Assembly (NCBI GenBank): GCA_026770705.1
Contig: JANJGN010000002.1
Location: 67,766,001 to 67,830,000, forward strand
Reading direction: 5' to 3'
Length of the DNA stretch: 64,000 nucleotides
Source: Isurus oxyrinchus
Lineage: Eukaryota
In this document: positions 50,401 to 63,702 of the stretch, piece after piece
Numbering within the stretch: the first letter of the stretch is position 1
How the letters are laid out: every line of letters begins with the position of its first letter
Program-made: the position numbers and the translations under genes
Notes under the pieces: model-generated
Database searches by the model: none
Seen by the model: only the letters and a program-made list of their open reading frames with translations
Told to the model about the DNA's origin: nothing

Positions 50401-51523
50401 TCCTTGCATTGCCTCATTATATGTCCATTTCTGTGACAATAGTAGCATTTGATATTTTAAAACTTCCAATCCTAATAGACTGCTTGTTTCCACCTCTATT
50501 AAAATTATTCTTCGATTTTGCTGCTAAGTTATTTTTCTTTATTCTTCGGCTAGCTGGGGCTACTTCCCACTTCTCGGTGGAGTCTTGCTTTTACGTGCCT
50601 CTTTCAGCTGAGGCTTCCCTCTGGTGTGGAGAACAGCACCATTTTGTGCACCCTGTATTGCTTTTGAATCTCTTACTGTGCTTTCCATGGCCAGCACTAT
50701 CTCTAATGCCTATTTCAAATCCAGATTCACTTCAGAAAATAATCTTTTCTGAATAGTGTCCTCTTTCATACCACACACTAAACGATCTCTGAGCATGTCG
50801 TTCAAAGTCCTATCGAACTCACAATGTTCTGCTAGCTGCTTCAAATTTGCCACGTAGGATGCAATTGTCTCACCTGGGGCTTATTTCATGAATTAAACCT
50901 GAACCTCTGTATCGTGACTGAGGGCTTTGGTTGAAAATGACCCTTCACAAGGTCCACCAGTTCATCGAAATTTTTCGAATCTGGGGCATTGGGTGCTGCC
51001 AAACTTCAAATCTGCCTGTAAGTTTTGGTCCCACAAGTACTGAAGAGGACAACTCATCTCTTCTCCCATAATCTTGTTCACTTGAAAATAGAACGTGAGG
51101 CATTCTATATATTGAGACCAATCATCTGTAGCAGGTTCAAAAGGATCAGTTCTCCCACATTGTGGCATTTTGAGAGAGAATAACTTCTTCAATTCTAACA
51201 GAACCTGCTGCTTACAATCACTGGGTGAGGTTCAGTGCCGATTTCTTTTTAACTTGATTTCTTCTGTTCAATCATCGCCAGTTTGTTGCAGGGTGGACGA
51301 GTTGTGCAATTAATGATAGAGTTGATCTGCAGACACTTCTTGGGTGGAAACGTAAAGTTTATTTACAATATACTCAACAGCTTTCAACTCCAACTTTATC
51401 TCTACGCTCACCGCTGAGGTAGCCTGCTACTCTCCCATTGGTTACCACAGATCATGTGATCTTACTTAACAAGTATTATTCTTAAAGGTACATTACAAAC
51501 TAAATAAAACCATAATTACTACA
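47426..51523 (-). mobile_element. Gypsy (Mag/K02A2.6-like) LTR retrotransposon with decayed gag-pol, lacking the 3' LTR
   Basis: 5' LTR 51284-51523 (TGTAG..CAACA) and PBS TGGCGATGA. Gag DPFEPATDDWSQYIE, PR MEVDTGAS, RT WAAPIV/LDMSHAYQ/YSDD, RH LTCDTSPYGV, IN HLGSSRMK/LHIDY/VSDN/PSSNG in PR-RT-RH-IN order. CCTGG at 47225-47229 and 51524-51528. Confidence 0.93.
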
Positions 51524-51952
51524 CCTGGACAACATTCAGATGTGGGCTGATAAGTGGCAAGTAACATCCAGGCTACACAAGTTTCAGGCAATGACCATCT
51601 TCAACAAGAGAAAATCTAACTATCTCCCTTTGACATTTAATGGCATTAACATTGCTGAGTCCCCCACTATTAACATCCAGGGGCTACCATTCACCAGAAA
51701 CTGTATTGGACTATCTATATAAATAATATGGCTACAAGAGCAGGTAAGAAGCTGGGAATTCTGAGGTGAGTAACTCATATCCTGACTCCCAAAGCCTGTC
51801 CACTATCTACAAAGCACAGATCAGAAGTGTAATGGAATACCCTCCACTTTCCTGGATGAGTGTGGCTCCAGCTACCCTCAGGAAGCTTGACATCATCCAG
51901 GGCAAGAAACCCGCTTGATCAGCATCCCAAACAGCATTTTAAACATTTACTC

Positions 51953-53039
51953 TGTCACGATGGTGTGACTTGTTCATGAGTGATATCAATTTGTAATTTA
52001 ATCGGCTGGCCCAACATATGTTGAACTATTTAAAAAGGACTTCTTAAAAGCAAGAAAGACACTAACTTAAAATGGCTGCCACAAGTCACTTAACGTCTGG
52101 TATTGCAAGTTGACCAGCATACCACGACATTCTTCTCTGGAATTTCACAGCTGATGACGTCAAGAGCTACATCAGAAGGATTTGCTGAAAATGGTACTGG
52201 ACCTCACTCTTGCCTTTCCATAAGGCTACCTCTCAAGCAAAGACAGAAGGTCTACTAGGACAATAGCTCCATGGAAAGGTATATTTCCTATCTCATCAAA
52301 ATGGATAATGAATTATTCAGAAGTTAATGGTTTGGACATTATAGGCCATGAAACAAAAGCCACAGTCGGTTCAAGCATCAGCTAAGCAAATACCTTCTGA
52401 AATCAATATGGGGAGAGAGAGGTGATGTGACTGAAGTAACCATTTTTGAAATCTCTTCAATATGGCACACAAGCTCCTGAGGAATATTCTGGAAAAACCT
52501 ACCAGTGGGGCAGTAATGTTCTTCCCTTTCTCACCTCTCCAAAGCTAAGACCCTATCTCTTACAGTTCAAAAAATCCAGCATAACGAAAGGAACCTCGGG
52601 TGCAAAAATCATCGACTTCTGGAAAAGACAGTTATGCTTTAAAGAGAAATTGTCTCCAGCAATTGCAGCTTTACATTGGCTTCAACTTCTGAAATCTGAA
52701 GACCCCCATGGAGAAAAATCTGTCACAGCTAAGGACTCAGAAACAGTGAGCTCTCAGCTTTTTTTTACCGTTCAGTATTGAACTTCAATTTAGCCTAAGA
52801 AAATTACCAACAGCCAAGGTTTATCTTTTAAATATTTTTATATCTTTATCTGAGTGGGTTTTTAACTCAAGAAAGCCTGCCAGACTAGTTTCTTTACAAC
52901 CATCACATAAATGGTTAAGCACAGACAGTGAGTAAATACCTTTGTCCTTCTAAATTCACAAAAAAAAACACTGTTTAGTCATACTTGGAGTGATAAACTA
53001 GGGGAGTCAATTTTTACCCCTCCTCACGCAGTCTTAACT
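51953..53039 (+). repeat. Solo LTR (~1.09 kb) inserted in the LINE
   Basis: TGTCAC..CTTAACT (degenerate CA) ends, ACTC duplicated at 51949-51952 and 53040-53043. The LINE is continuous across it. Confidence 0.8.
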
Positions 53040-53854
53040 ACTCCCTCCACTGCCAACCCACAGTGGCAGCAGTATGTATATATACAAGATACACTGCAAC
53101 AACTCACCAAAGCTCCTTCAACAAGTGCTTCCAAACTTGTGACCTCTACCACCTAGAAGGACAAGAGTAGCAGGTGCATTGGAGGATCATTACCTGCAAG
53201 TTCCCCCCCAACCCCCCCAAGCTACAAACCACGCTGAATTGGAAATATATTGCCTTTCCTTCACTGTTGTGGAATCAAAGTCCTGGAACTCCCTACCCAG
53301 AAGCACTGTAGGTGAATCTGCGGTAGTTCAAAAAGATAGCTCACCACCATCTTCTCAAGGGCAATTTGGGATGGGTAACAAATACTAGCCTTGCCAGCGA
53401 TGTCCATATCCCATAAAATAATAAAGAAAATAAATGTGCATGAAATTCAAAGGGTGAATAAATACTTGCCTTCAAAGGAACCCAAAGCTTCTTAATGCCC
53501 AAGATAATCCAGTTGGAAATCTGTGAATGTTGATAATAACATTGGCTACACTTGCAGCTTGGCAGTCAATTACTCAGTACTAAGCATTGCATTTTAGTAG
53601 CTAAGTGATTGACAGGACTAAAATCTAACCTCTGCTTAGGTTCTCAACCGTCAGTGAGTTTTAGAACAGAAACTGGTTGGGGCCAGTCCAATATTGTTAA
53701 GTTATCACTGATACGTGTTGGGTTCTTGCCTATTGATATATAATTAACCAACTTGTACAGCTGCAGATGCAACAAAATAAAATTAACATGCCTTGGAAAG
53801 CAAGTTTTTAATCGCAGAAGTAACAAGAAATAATCGGGAATGGCTGCCTGTAAT

Positions 53855-54042
53855 CTAAACAGAAAATGCTGCAAATACACAGCAGGTCAATTCAACAACT
53901 GAAGGAAAAACCAACTTTATATGTAGAAATGTGACATTTCATCAAGAGTTCATAAAGACCACCTAAAACATTAATCTATATTTCTCTACCAAACATTGAC
54001 TGATGTGCTCTGTATTTTCAATATTTTCTATTTTTATTTCAA
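53855..54042. repeat. Old inverted pair of Penelope terminal-repeat units
   Basis: AAACAGAAAATGCTGCAAATACACAGCAGGTCA at the left and its degraded reverse complement at the right. Confidence 0.55.
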
Positions 54043-54792
54043 GGTTTAATTGTGTACAGTTGTCGCTTATACTTAGCTGACAGTTTGGAATTTCTGTTAA
54101 AAGAGGAATACATTCCTGTATTTAAATGTACAGATCAATTCAGGGAACATTCAAAGAGACTGGACATCTGGATGGACTGAAATGTCATTGCTGTATTGGA
54201 TACATAGGGTAGGAGTTTCCACTGGGTGTTGTTGGTTTTTCAGTAGGTTTCACCCAAAGTCAGACAATCTAGTTCATAAGATTCTAGGAATTTAAACACA
54301 AATTGTTTTCCGCACAAGTTGTGATTCCACAATATTCTGTGCTAGACTGAAAAACATTGCACTTGAAATCTGCTCAACACACAAAACCGACCACGTCCTC
54401 CATTAAAATTAATCACCATTGCAAGTTTCTGCTAACTCCATTAATTTCCAGGCCTTCAAGGAGTCTGTATCTTCCTTTTAGGTGTAAGGCCACTAATAGA
54501 CAATTTCATAAGCTTTTAATTTTGTTTTTAAAGTAATTTCCATTTTCAGTTATTCAAAATCAGGTTACCCGCAGGTAGTGGACTAGACACTGATTGAAAA
54601 TGCTTATTTTAGTGACAAACTGATTTTCAGGTGTAGTAATATAATTGCACTATGTTACCATTCTTTAATATGTCAAGACTACTTTTAATGCAAATTTTAG
54701 AAAAATATCAAGTTTTAAAATGCTGTACAACTTTGTAGCATATGTTTTGTTTGGTGATATGAAAAAGAGTTTAAATGGAAACTTAGGAAGAA

Positions 54793-55662
54793 ATAAAAGC
54801 AAAATACTGCAGATGCTGGAAATCTGAAATAAAAACAGAAAATGCTAGAAAAACTCAGCAGGTCTGGCAGCATCTTTGGACAGAGAAGCAGAGCCAACGT
54901 TTAGAGTCCGAATGACTTCTTCGGAACTGAAGAGAGGTAGAAATGTGATGGTTTTATACTATTGAGAAAGGGGGGAGCGACAGGTAGAGCAAATAGAAGG
55001 CTAGGGATAGGTTAAAGAGCATGAGAGTTTAAATGACAAAGATGTCATGGAACACAAGACAAAGGGAGTGGTAATGATAATATTAAAAAACTTCAGACTT
55101 TAATACTATCATTATTACTCCCTTTGTCTTGTGTTCCATGACATATTTGTTACTTAATCTCCCATGCTCTTAACCTATCCCTGGCCTCCTCTTTTGCTCC
55201 ATCTGCCCCTCCCCTCTTTTTTCAAAAGCATAAAACCCATCATATATCTGCCACTCTTCGGTTCCGAAGAAGAGCCATATGGGACTTGAAACATTAACTC
55301 TGCTTCTCTCTCCTCAAATGCAGACAGAAAGAACATATACACATATTGTGCCTGTTTTAGCTAAACAAATTAAGTGACAGCCATTTGTTGGTTCATTCCT
55401 CAGGGCAATGCCTTGATCAATCAGAGTTAAGCTGCCTGGTTTAAATTTCAAACACGGTTTGACAGTTAACTAGTCGGTCATCATCAACTGGTGTATGCTC
55501 CATGGCAATGTCTCTACCAATCAGAGCCCACTTGCCAACCAATCAGCACTCGCTTCTCATATAGTATAAACTTGTTTTCTTTACATTGGGTATTCTTGCG
55601 AATTGTCCTGATGAGTGCAAAATAAAAAGCTTTGACAAAAAGTGTCTCTTTTTTCAGCAATA
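54793..55662. mobile_element. Non-coding Penelope derivative: inverted terminal repeats plus a second hammerhead-bearing repeat
   Basis: Arms ~54860-55087 and ~55099-55328 are reverse complements. 55330-55662 is the reverse complement of 27915-28210 and includes CTGATGAGTGCAA at 55608. Confidence 0.8.
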
Positions 55663-56264
55663 TATCTAGATAGAGTGGGGTTCGGTAAGTAGCCAAAAGG
55701 ACAAAATTGAGGTCAATGGAAAAGATCCTTGAGAATCATGTGCAGTATCAAATAGGTCACGGATTCACTATGAGTCCATTATGCATTCCTGTCCTGACAG
55801 AATCTCACCCTACAAAACCTGCTCATAGTAAACCTTTGTTAGTAACAAAATAAACATAACTCAGACCATGATTCTACACTCAATTTGCAAAATAATTATA
55901 GATCACAAAGGCCATCGAGCCCAGTTCATCTCATCCTTCCGTGAATGACATACAACATATGTATTAAGAGCAAGAGTTGGCCATTCAGCCCCTCAAACCT
56001 GCTCCGCCATTTGACAATATTGCTGACATTATGCTAGTGATTACAACTCAAAATAACTTAATTGTCTGTAAAGTAACTTGGACATTGTGAAAGGTGCTGT
56101 ATAAATGTAGGTTTTGTCTTTCCTTCATTACATCTGCATGCAGTAGGCAGAGTGACTGTAACAATGGCAAAATTAGAGGCTCGGTGCTGATCCTTTCAGG
56201 ATAATTAATCACAGAGCAATCAACTGGTGTTAGGAAAGTGGCTACAAAGAAATCACTAGTGAAA

Positions 56265-56745
56265 CCCCCTCCAAACCCTCCCCCTTCTAATCTCCCTCAA
56301 CACCCCCTCAAACCTTCCTCTAACCTCCCTCCAAATCCCACTCCAAACTCCCCCAACACCCCCTCCAACCTCTCCCACCCTTCTCTAACATCCCTGCAAC
56401 CCCTCTCCAACCTCCCCCCAAATCCCCTTCTGACATTCCCCAAAACCTCCTCCATCCTCCTCTCCAGCACCCCCTCCAACCTGCCCCCAACTCCTCCTCT
56501 AACCTACCCCCAACACCCCAAAATACCCTAAACACACCCTCCAACCTCCTCCCCCCAACCTTCCACTCACCCAACTTCTAACGTCCCCAAACCCCCCAAC
56601 CTCCTGCCCAACACCCCCTCAAGCCTACCCCCAAACCTTCCCCCACCCTCAATCACCCCTCCACCCTCTCCAATCTCCCCACCCCCCTAACCTCCCCCCA
56701 AGCTTCCCCTACCCTCCTCAAATCTTCCCCCCCCCCCTCAACCCC
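56265..56745. repeat. C-rich degenerate tandem/low-complexity repeat (CCCTCCAACCT-like units)
   Basis: Seen directly. It explains the Pro-rich and Gly-rich ORFs at 56238-56574. Confidence 0.8.
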
Positions 56746-59700
56746 AACAAACACACTCAGACACATATGTTTAATTCGTTCTAACAGTTCAGGGATTTTA
56801 CTTACATTTTCCAAACAAGAATGCCCTCCTGACAGTTGCTGTGCTGCTGCTGACCTTTGGGCAGCTTCGGTTTTCTGGCGGGTCTTTCCAAAAAAAAAAA
56901 TTGGACTCACGAAGCTGCCCGAAATTCAGAAACACAGCGCAGCCACTAGTGAACTGATACTGATACTAACAGACAGGATTGTTAAAAATCGGAACCTTCA
57001 GCCTGACAGATCTTTTTTTATTTAAAGCCCTTCTGTCAAGTCCATAGCCCTGGCTACACTCTGGACGACGAGAAACTCCATTTACAACACTGAGCCCAGG
57101 CCCCTCCAGCTTCCGGGCCCCAGTGTTTGGCATCATCTGCACCCCCTTCTCCTGGGCTCCACCTTCAGCACCATTTTGAATGCCATTGCACACTCATTCT
57201 GTCCTGATTGAGAACAAGAAAACCCTGCCCTTGGTCACAGTAATTTGTGCAAGATTTCTGTTCTCCCTAAGAACAACATGTCTTCTAAATAAAACAGAAT
57301 TAGATTTTGTCCTGGGTCTGCTTTGGGGCCTCGACTCAAGCTAAGCAACCAGCATCTGCTCAAACTGCGAGGATCAAGGGAAATTGGTCCTTGGGCCTCA
57401 TTGCCAAACTCGGCAGAACTGCCAGTGCTAGTTGTGTATACAAAAGCATCTCGTACAACTGAGGAAATTGATATCAGGTTGCTAACAGGTCTATTTACAA
57501 CAGTTCAAAAGAACTCTGCAGTCACAAAATGTCTACACTCATGTTTACTGTTCAGCTTCTTCTAGTAGCTTCACTGTTTACTCAAGCTCTGACTTCACAC
57601 CCAAGCTTAATCAATCAAGCCCAGTTAGCATAGATCAGCTACCAGACTCACATAATCAAACACAGAACAATTGTACACTACACTCCAGTTCCCCAACTTT
57701 ACTTTTAAATGTTTCCTTTTCCATTGGTAATTGTGGGGTTCAGTAAAGAGTCTTGTGTAAGTCAGGGCCTGAAGATTAGGCTGCTTACATTTCTTGATGG
57801 AGGTCCTTCAATAGGTGTTGGACTCTTAATTTACATATTCAATTACCTGATTTTCATTTTGGATGTCCATCCAAGATGCCTTAAAATAAAGGCCCCCATT
57901 AATTTAGCAGTGAGGTAAAGCCTGTGTTGCACCCCACTGCTAATCTGGTATTATTTGTGTCTGTACTACCTCAAATTTTCCTAATTTTGATACTACTAGT
58001 ACTCAAGCAGTCTTTAAACTATATTTAAAATGTGATTAATACAACATGCTTTTAGGAGTAATGGTATTTTATTGGGAGGCTGTTAGTTACAGTTTCTCAG
58101 TAAACTGTTCAGACATTCAAAGTGCTGAGCATATCTATGAAATGAGGCAGAATAGCCAAAGGAACTCTCAAATCTGAACAACCATAGTGGAAACAATTAA
58201 ATATATTTTTTATTATTGGTGAAGGTCAGTTAACTTTATTTCCTTTACAACTGAGCCAATCCTAGTTTACCAGTCTCTACAACTGAAAGATTTTAACTTG
58301 TGTACAGAATTGCAAGCTGATGTTTTTAAACTTTCACTGGATACTTATGAACACTGGTAAAACCGACAAAGAAAACAAAATCAGATTTAAAAAAAAGCAC
58401 TAGAGGGATAACTGTAATGAATGTGTTGTTCTTAGTATTTTTTCTATCTCAGGGAATACTTGTCAATTTGAGTGATAAAATCAGACCAAGTGGAATGATG
58501 AAAATATTTGTCTTGTCCTTTCTTTTTGCATGACAATAGAAGCTGCCTTTTTTGATAGATTCTGATAATGCTCAACCTCATTTAGAGAAGTCATTGACTT
58601 ACCTGCTTCATCTCTTTAGAGATATTACATTGAGCAAGCATTTGCAAAATAAGATTAATCATAATCATACTATTAATACTAATTAATCATACTATTTTAC
58701 AAAATAGTAACAGCACATTTCTGTGATATCTAATGCCATGGCGCAAGTATATTTGCATAGGCTGCGTGAGATATTTCCATTAACATTCCACACAACCTTG
58801 TTCTAGCACGTTATATATCAGTTGGTGATTATTATTGACAGGAGAGTGTCCCGCTATATTAAGTAACCTTGCAGACATATCAAGTGATGTGCTTTGGCTG
58901 TTCTTTTGGGATCAGGCTCGATAACTAAGAGGTGAAAGTCAAATCTTTCCAGACAGGGTGAGAGGCTGAGCAGCAGGGATTTGTTAGTCACACATTTCAG
59001 ATGTCTGTGAGCCATCCCAGAACTGTCCCCTTGCAATGAGCCAGGGGCCTGCAAACAGAATGATGAAGAGCTAATAAATGCATCTGGGAAAGTGGGCGAC
59101 AGGAGAGGCGCTGTTTGATTAATGACTTGTGATGTAAACGTGATTGATTTCTGGCAGAGATTCGCTGTGCTTTTCAGCAATAATTTATCTTCATTTTGTG
59201 GTTATTATCGATAAATTGGGCAGGAGCTATAAGGTGTCATCTGCAATGCACATCACAAGGCCAGGACATCTCAAAAGTACGCAAACTCGTACTTTAATTT
59301 ATTTATTTATATAGTTTTGTTGTTTGTTTCACATCTCTGAGACAGCAAGCTGCAGACTCATCTCTTCTTGTGGAATGTAAAGACTAATGAAACATGATAA
59401 TCATACATTCTAATAGGGTACACTTGCATTTGGAATGACCAACTTGCTTCCTGCATATCAAATACATTATTATATTATTGGTACGTGCTCATTGCAACTA
59501 GAGTTTGAACAGAAGGCCTTCTGCTACTGATTGTCAGAGAAATGTAAGGAAAATCTTCTTTATTTTTTCTATTAGTGAATTTTCTCTGGGTTTGAGGACT
59601 AAAGGGAGAAAGGGAGGAGAACACGGATATTTTTTGCACAAAACAATGAATCATGGACTCCATGCTATTTTTCAAATCAGGAAAAGACAAACAGATTCAA

Positions 59701-61044
59701 AAATGCCAGTGATGTTGCTGCAATATGATTCTGGAAGCTTTTTATTGTGCCAATAGAAAGCATGTCCTAATCATAACCTTTAATAGTATATAATTACCTG
59801 GAACTGTCTTCTATTTGAAAATGGACACTAACAAGACTGCGAAGATGGCTGCCAAGGGTCAGGTGACATACATTTGCAATTTCCACACAGACAAAGGATT
59901 AAGTCATGTCTGAAAATGCTTCTGGAAAGTTCTCAGATGTGAATGGGTTTCTCAGGTGCAAGCCCTCTCCAAAACTGCACTGATTATGGACAGCAAAGGC
60001 CCATAACATTTTTATTTCCTTCTACTTGTATGTGGTTTTTGTGTGCGTTGCTGCTGGAAAATGTCATTCTTGTGAACATGCAAAACGTAGTTATTTATGG
60101 GAAATAAATTCCACCACTTTTGATTGGCTGCAAATCTTGTGGAAAAGAAGAAAAAACACTAGCTGAAAAGTCCTTTTGCTTTGATAAACATTGAAACAGA
60201 TTGTGTCCAATTGTGAGGACGGAAGGTTGTCAATGATGTCCATATTATCTATTTATGGCCCTAAAGCCCCACAGCTGTCACCCTGGTAGATTCACTGGGA
60301 TCATGCCCATTGGTGGCATCCAGCATTCATTGGTCGGGGGTGTTGGGGGGGGGGGGGAGGTGGTTGAGCGTGGTGCATGGGGCAGGGGGCGTGGGCAGGG
60401 TGGGTGGATGGACCCTGGAACTCATTTGCATGGGTCAGATAGTCACAAGTGCCACTTTGGATGTCCCATTGGCACCTGGCTTCCATAGTGGCCTAAACTC
60501 AGGTGCCTGCCTGTGGGATGCCCCTGACCCTGTTACAGCTCTGATAAGCCCTTGAGCAAAGAAGCCATATTTTCAGTTTTCCAAAAAATAATTATTTTGG
60601 GGGATTACATCCCATTTGACAGGCTAGACCCCACTGGGCTGGGACATGTCCCCTTGTGGAGGCCGGTATTCCAGATCTTGGTGACTTGGTGCATTCGATG
60701 CCATTATTATGACAGGTCCCCATTCTTGGCCATGAAAGTCCAGGAAAGCTCTTAGCTTAGTAAATTTGAACTCCTGTACATCATTTGTTCACAACTGAGA
60801 GGATGGAGGTTCTGCCTCACATAACTCAATGTGAAAATTTCCAGAATTGTCAAAATCCACCATAACCTGGTCTCCCCAATCCTTAAATCTGATTGGTTGC
60901 CCTTTTCACTCAAGCCCCGGAGGCCTGTTTCCCTCATTGTGTTGTTACCAGTTTGCATTTTCAGTAACCTTGTGGGTAACATATTTTCATACTGAAGGAT
61001 ACTGGGATAAATGTATTAAATGGCCCGGATGGCTCTGTTGATTG

Positions 61045-61615
61045 CCAGGGTTTGGGACATCTGCTCAAGGCTAGGGAGTAACTTGTAGTGGGAGGGGGAG
61101 GACCCAGTTGTCATGGCCCATGTAGGTACCAATGACATAGGCAGGGCAAGGAAAGAGGTTCTGCATAGTCAGTATGGAGAGTTGGGCACAAAATTAAGAA
61201 GCAGAACCTCAAAGGTAATAATCTCTGGATTAATACCTGAGCTGTATGCAAATTAGCATAGGACAAATAAAATTAGGGAAATGAATGCATAGCTGAAAGA
61301 CTGGTGTGGGAGAAGTGGGTTGCAATTCGATAGGCCCTGACATCAGAACTGGGGAAAGTGGGGTCTGTACCGTTGGGACGGTCTACACCTAAACCCTGCT
61401 GGGACCAGTATTTCAGTGAGCCACACAACTCTGAGAAGTAGACAGGGCTTTAAACTAAGCAAGGCGGAGGTGAGGGATCAAGCTTGGACAAGCATAACAA
61501 ATCAAGGGGTAGATTCAGGGCAGGAGAGCAAAATAGTAATGTGGGAAATCAGGGTCAGAGAATGGCAGGAAGAGAGAGAGAGAAAAATACCTAAGAATTC
61601 ACCAACAGTCAAGAC
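61045..61615 (+). mobile_element. CR1 ORF1 (SGNH esterase) fragment
   Basis: EGEDPVVMAHVGTNDIGRARKEVLHSQYGELGTKLRSRTSKVIISGLIPE..WDGLHLN. Confidence 0.85.
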
Positions 61616-61618
61616 TAG

Positions 61619-63700
61619 GGCTGGGGTTTTCTGTGCCAGCCAGCATTAGCTGTGTTCAATGGCCTGAGCAGACAATATGGTGCAATTGGTTTCACAACAG
61701 CGTGAAACCAGTTTACGATCGTCAGCTCAGCCCATCGATGGCGGGTTGCATTCTCTGCCATTGGATGTTGGGAATCTCCTTATAATATGTCAGCATATCA
61801 TTATTAGGTCTGTCCACTGGGATCATCCTGCCCCTGCTGGATCGTCCGCCCATGTTGGTGGGAAAGCATGCCGGTGTAGAACCCACTTTGACAAGTGTGA
61901 TGTACAGAAGTCGGGACTTACCCGCCAGGGCTTTGCTCACATCACAGACATCCAAGGAGCAGTAGATGCTGGAGCCCAACACCAGCAGCACATGGAGGAA
62001 CGTATATAGCATGCTGCGTGGATTCTTATGGATTCTCTGCTGTGAAGCATCTCACGGAAGTTGGAAAATTACGATTGATGCTCACAGCAGATGATGGTTG
62101 AGGGGGAGGGAGAGAAAGGGCTAGGGTCGGCTGGGAGAGGAAGAAATGTTGGGGATGGGAGTGGCAGGGAGAAATGAAGGTGTCAGGGTTGGGGGAGGTT
62201 TGGGGGGGTAGAATGAAGGTGGAAGGATGGGGTGAGTTTGGGGAGAGTAGGGAGAACAGTGGGAGGAGGGGGCAATGGGGGAGAAGATGGCAACTAGTGA
62301 GATAGGTGTAAGGGGGTGTGAAAGGTCCAACGGAAGGAGCGCGGAGAGGCCATGGTGTCTGGGTGAGGAAGGGGTGCAGAGGGGACGGTGTCTGCTGGGG
62401 AGGAAGGAATGCGGAGAGGGGATGGAGTAAGGGTGGAGGAAGAAGTAAGAATGGAGGAAGGAGTTAGGAAGGGGGAAGGACTAGGGCAGAAGGAAATCAG
62501 GCTGGAGGAGGAGATGAGGCCGGAGGAAGGAGTTGGGAAGGGAGAGGGGATTAAGCAGGTGGGGAGAGTCTTGGGTGGGGTGCGATGACTGGTGGGGGGA
62601 GGGGGTGGGGGGGAACGGCTCTTGGGGGCAAAGTGTTCTGGGTGAGAAAGGGTTCTTGGAGGAAGAGGTTCTGGGGGGTGGGGCACAGAGGAGGGAAGGG
62701 GTGCAAAGTGGGGAAGACGTGCAAAGGGGGGAAGGCATGTGAAGGGTGGAAGGGGTACAGAGGGAGGGGTGTGCAGGTGGACGTGCATGGGAGAGGTCAG
62801 ATAGGTCCATATCTGCCTCCTGGGGAGAGAACTGAGGGTGGGTGTAGTAGGAGGAAGGGTGCGAATGACCAAGGGCAGAGTGAGACAGCAGGGTGGGAGT
62901 GTGAGTGTTCGATGATAGCAATAGAAGGCATGAAGAGGGTGGTTGGTTTGTACCTGGAGGCAGACACGGACCCTGGGGATAGGGAGGAGGAGGTCAGGGA
63001 GGTGATTGTGGATGGGGGTGGGTTTTTCGGGAAGGAAGGGAACGTACACGTTCATCTGGACATCCCCAAAAGGAAAAGGGTTGTGGCTGGTAGGTAATGG
63101 AGGGGAGGTGGAAGGTAATGTCAGGGTTGGAGGGGGTTGGGGAAGGCAACGGTGATAGGGGAAAGGAAATGGGTTACTGGGAGAGGTTAAAGGATGGAGG
63201 AGTTGAAGTAAAACCGAATTAGCACCATGCTATTCAAATTAAAACTAGATGAGATCATATGCTGCATGGGACTGTGATCATTGGGTGGGCGGAGATGCAG
63301 GTCAGCTCAGACGGACAACTGAAAGCAAACCCCAGCAGGCAACATTGAAAATGCTCAGGACATTGAGATGAGTGTGAAACATGAAGGATCCATGTGCATG
63401 TGAGAGTGATTGCATGAGGCTCCAAAAGCCCCTGCCACACACACACTTTTCCCTCCAGAATCACTCATGGGATGGCTGCTCCCTCTGCAGTGGCAGGTCT
63501 TCCAGGCTGCTTATTTCCACCTCTTCACTGGAGGAGGAGTCCTCTTGGCTGCAGATGATGAAGTGGATGGAGCTGAGGGATTGGCTGGCTGAGGGTGTTA
63601 GTCCCTTGGCAGAACTCCCTGTGAACCAAAGTGGAGATAATTAGTGCATGACAGCAGAGTCAAAAGCAGGAGAGAGAGCACTCACAGCTGTATTGAGGGA
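61619..63700 (-). mobile_element. Second copy of the Myb-bearing Harbinger family, internally deleted and truncated
   Basis: Starts after CTAG (61615-61618). Colinear with 5274-7010, then jumps to the 8065-8270 equivalent. Confidence 0.85.
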
Positions 63701-63702
63701 GA

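Larger units (their letters stand above)
46585..53432 (+). mobile_element. 5'-truncated L2/CR1-group LINE split into three pieces (46585-47229, 51524-51952, 53040-53432)
   Basis: RT motif VTALDIKVAFGRLWH. Sequence resumes in register after each insertion. 3' tail at ~53400-53430. Confidence 0.88.

Noticed and set aside
62121-62800. Long Pro-rich and Gly/Glu-rich ORFs (also 5900-6400 and 56238-56574)
   Set aside because: They arise from purine/pyrimidine-skewed low-complexity tracts that lack stops and are not alignable between the two element copies.
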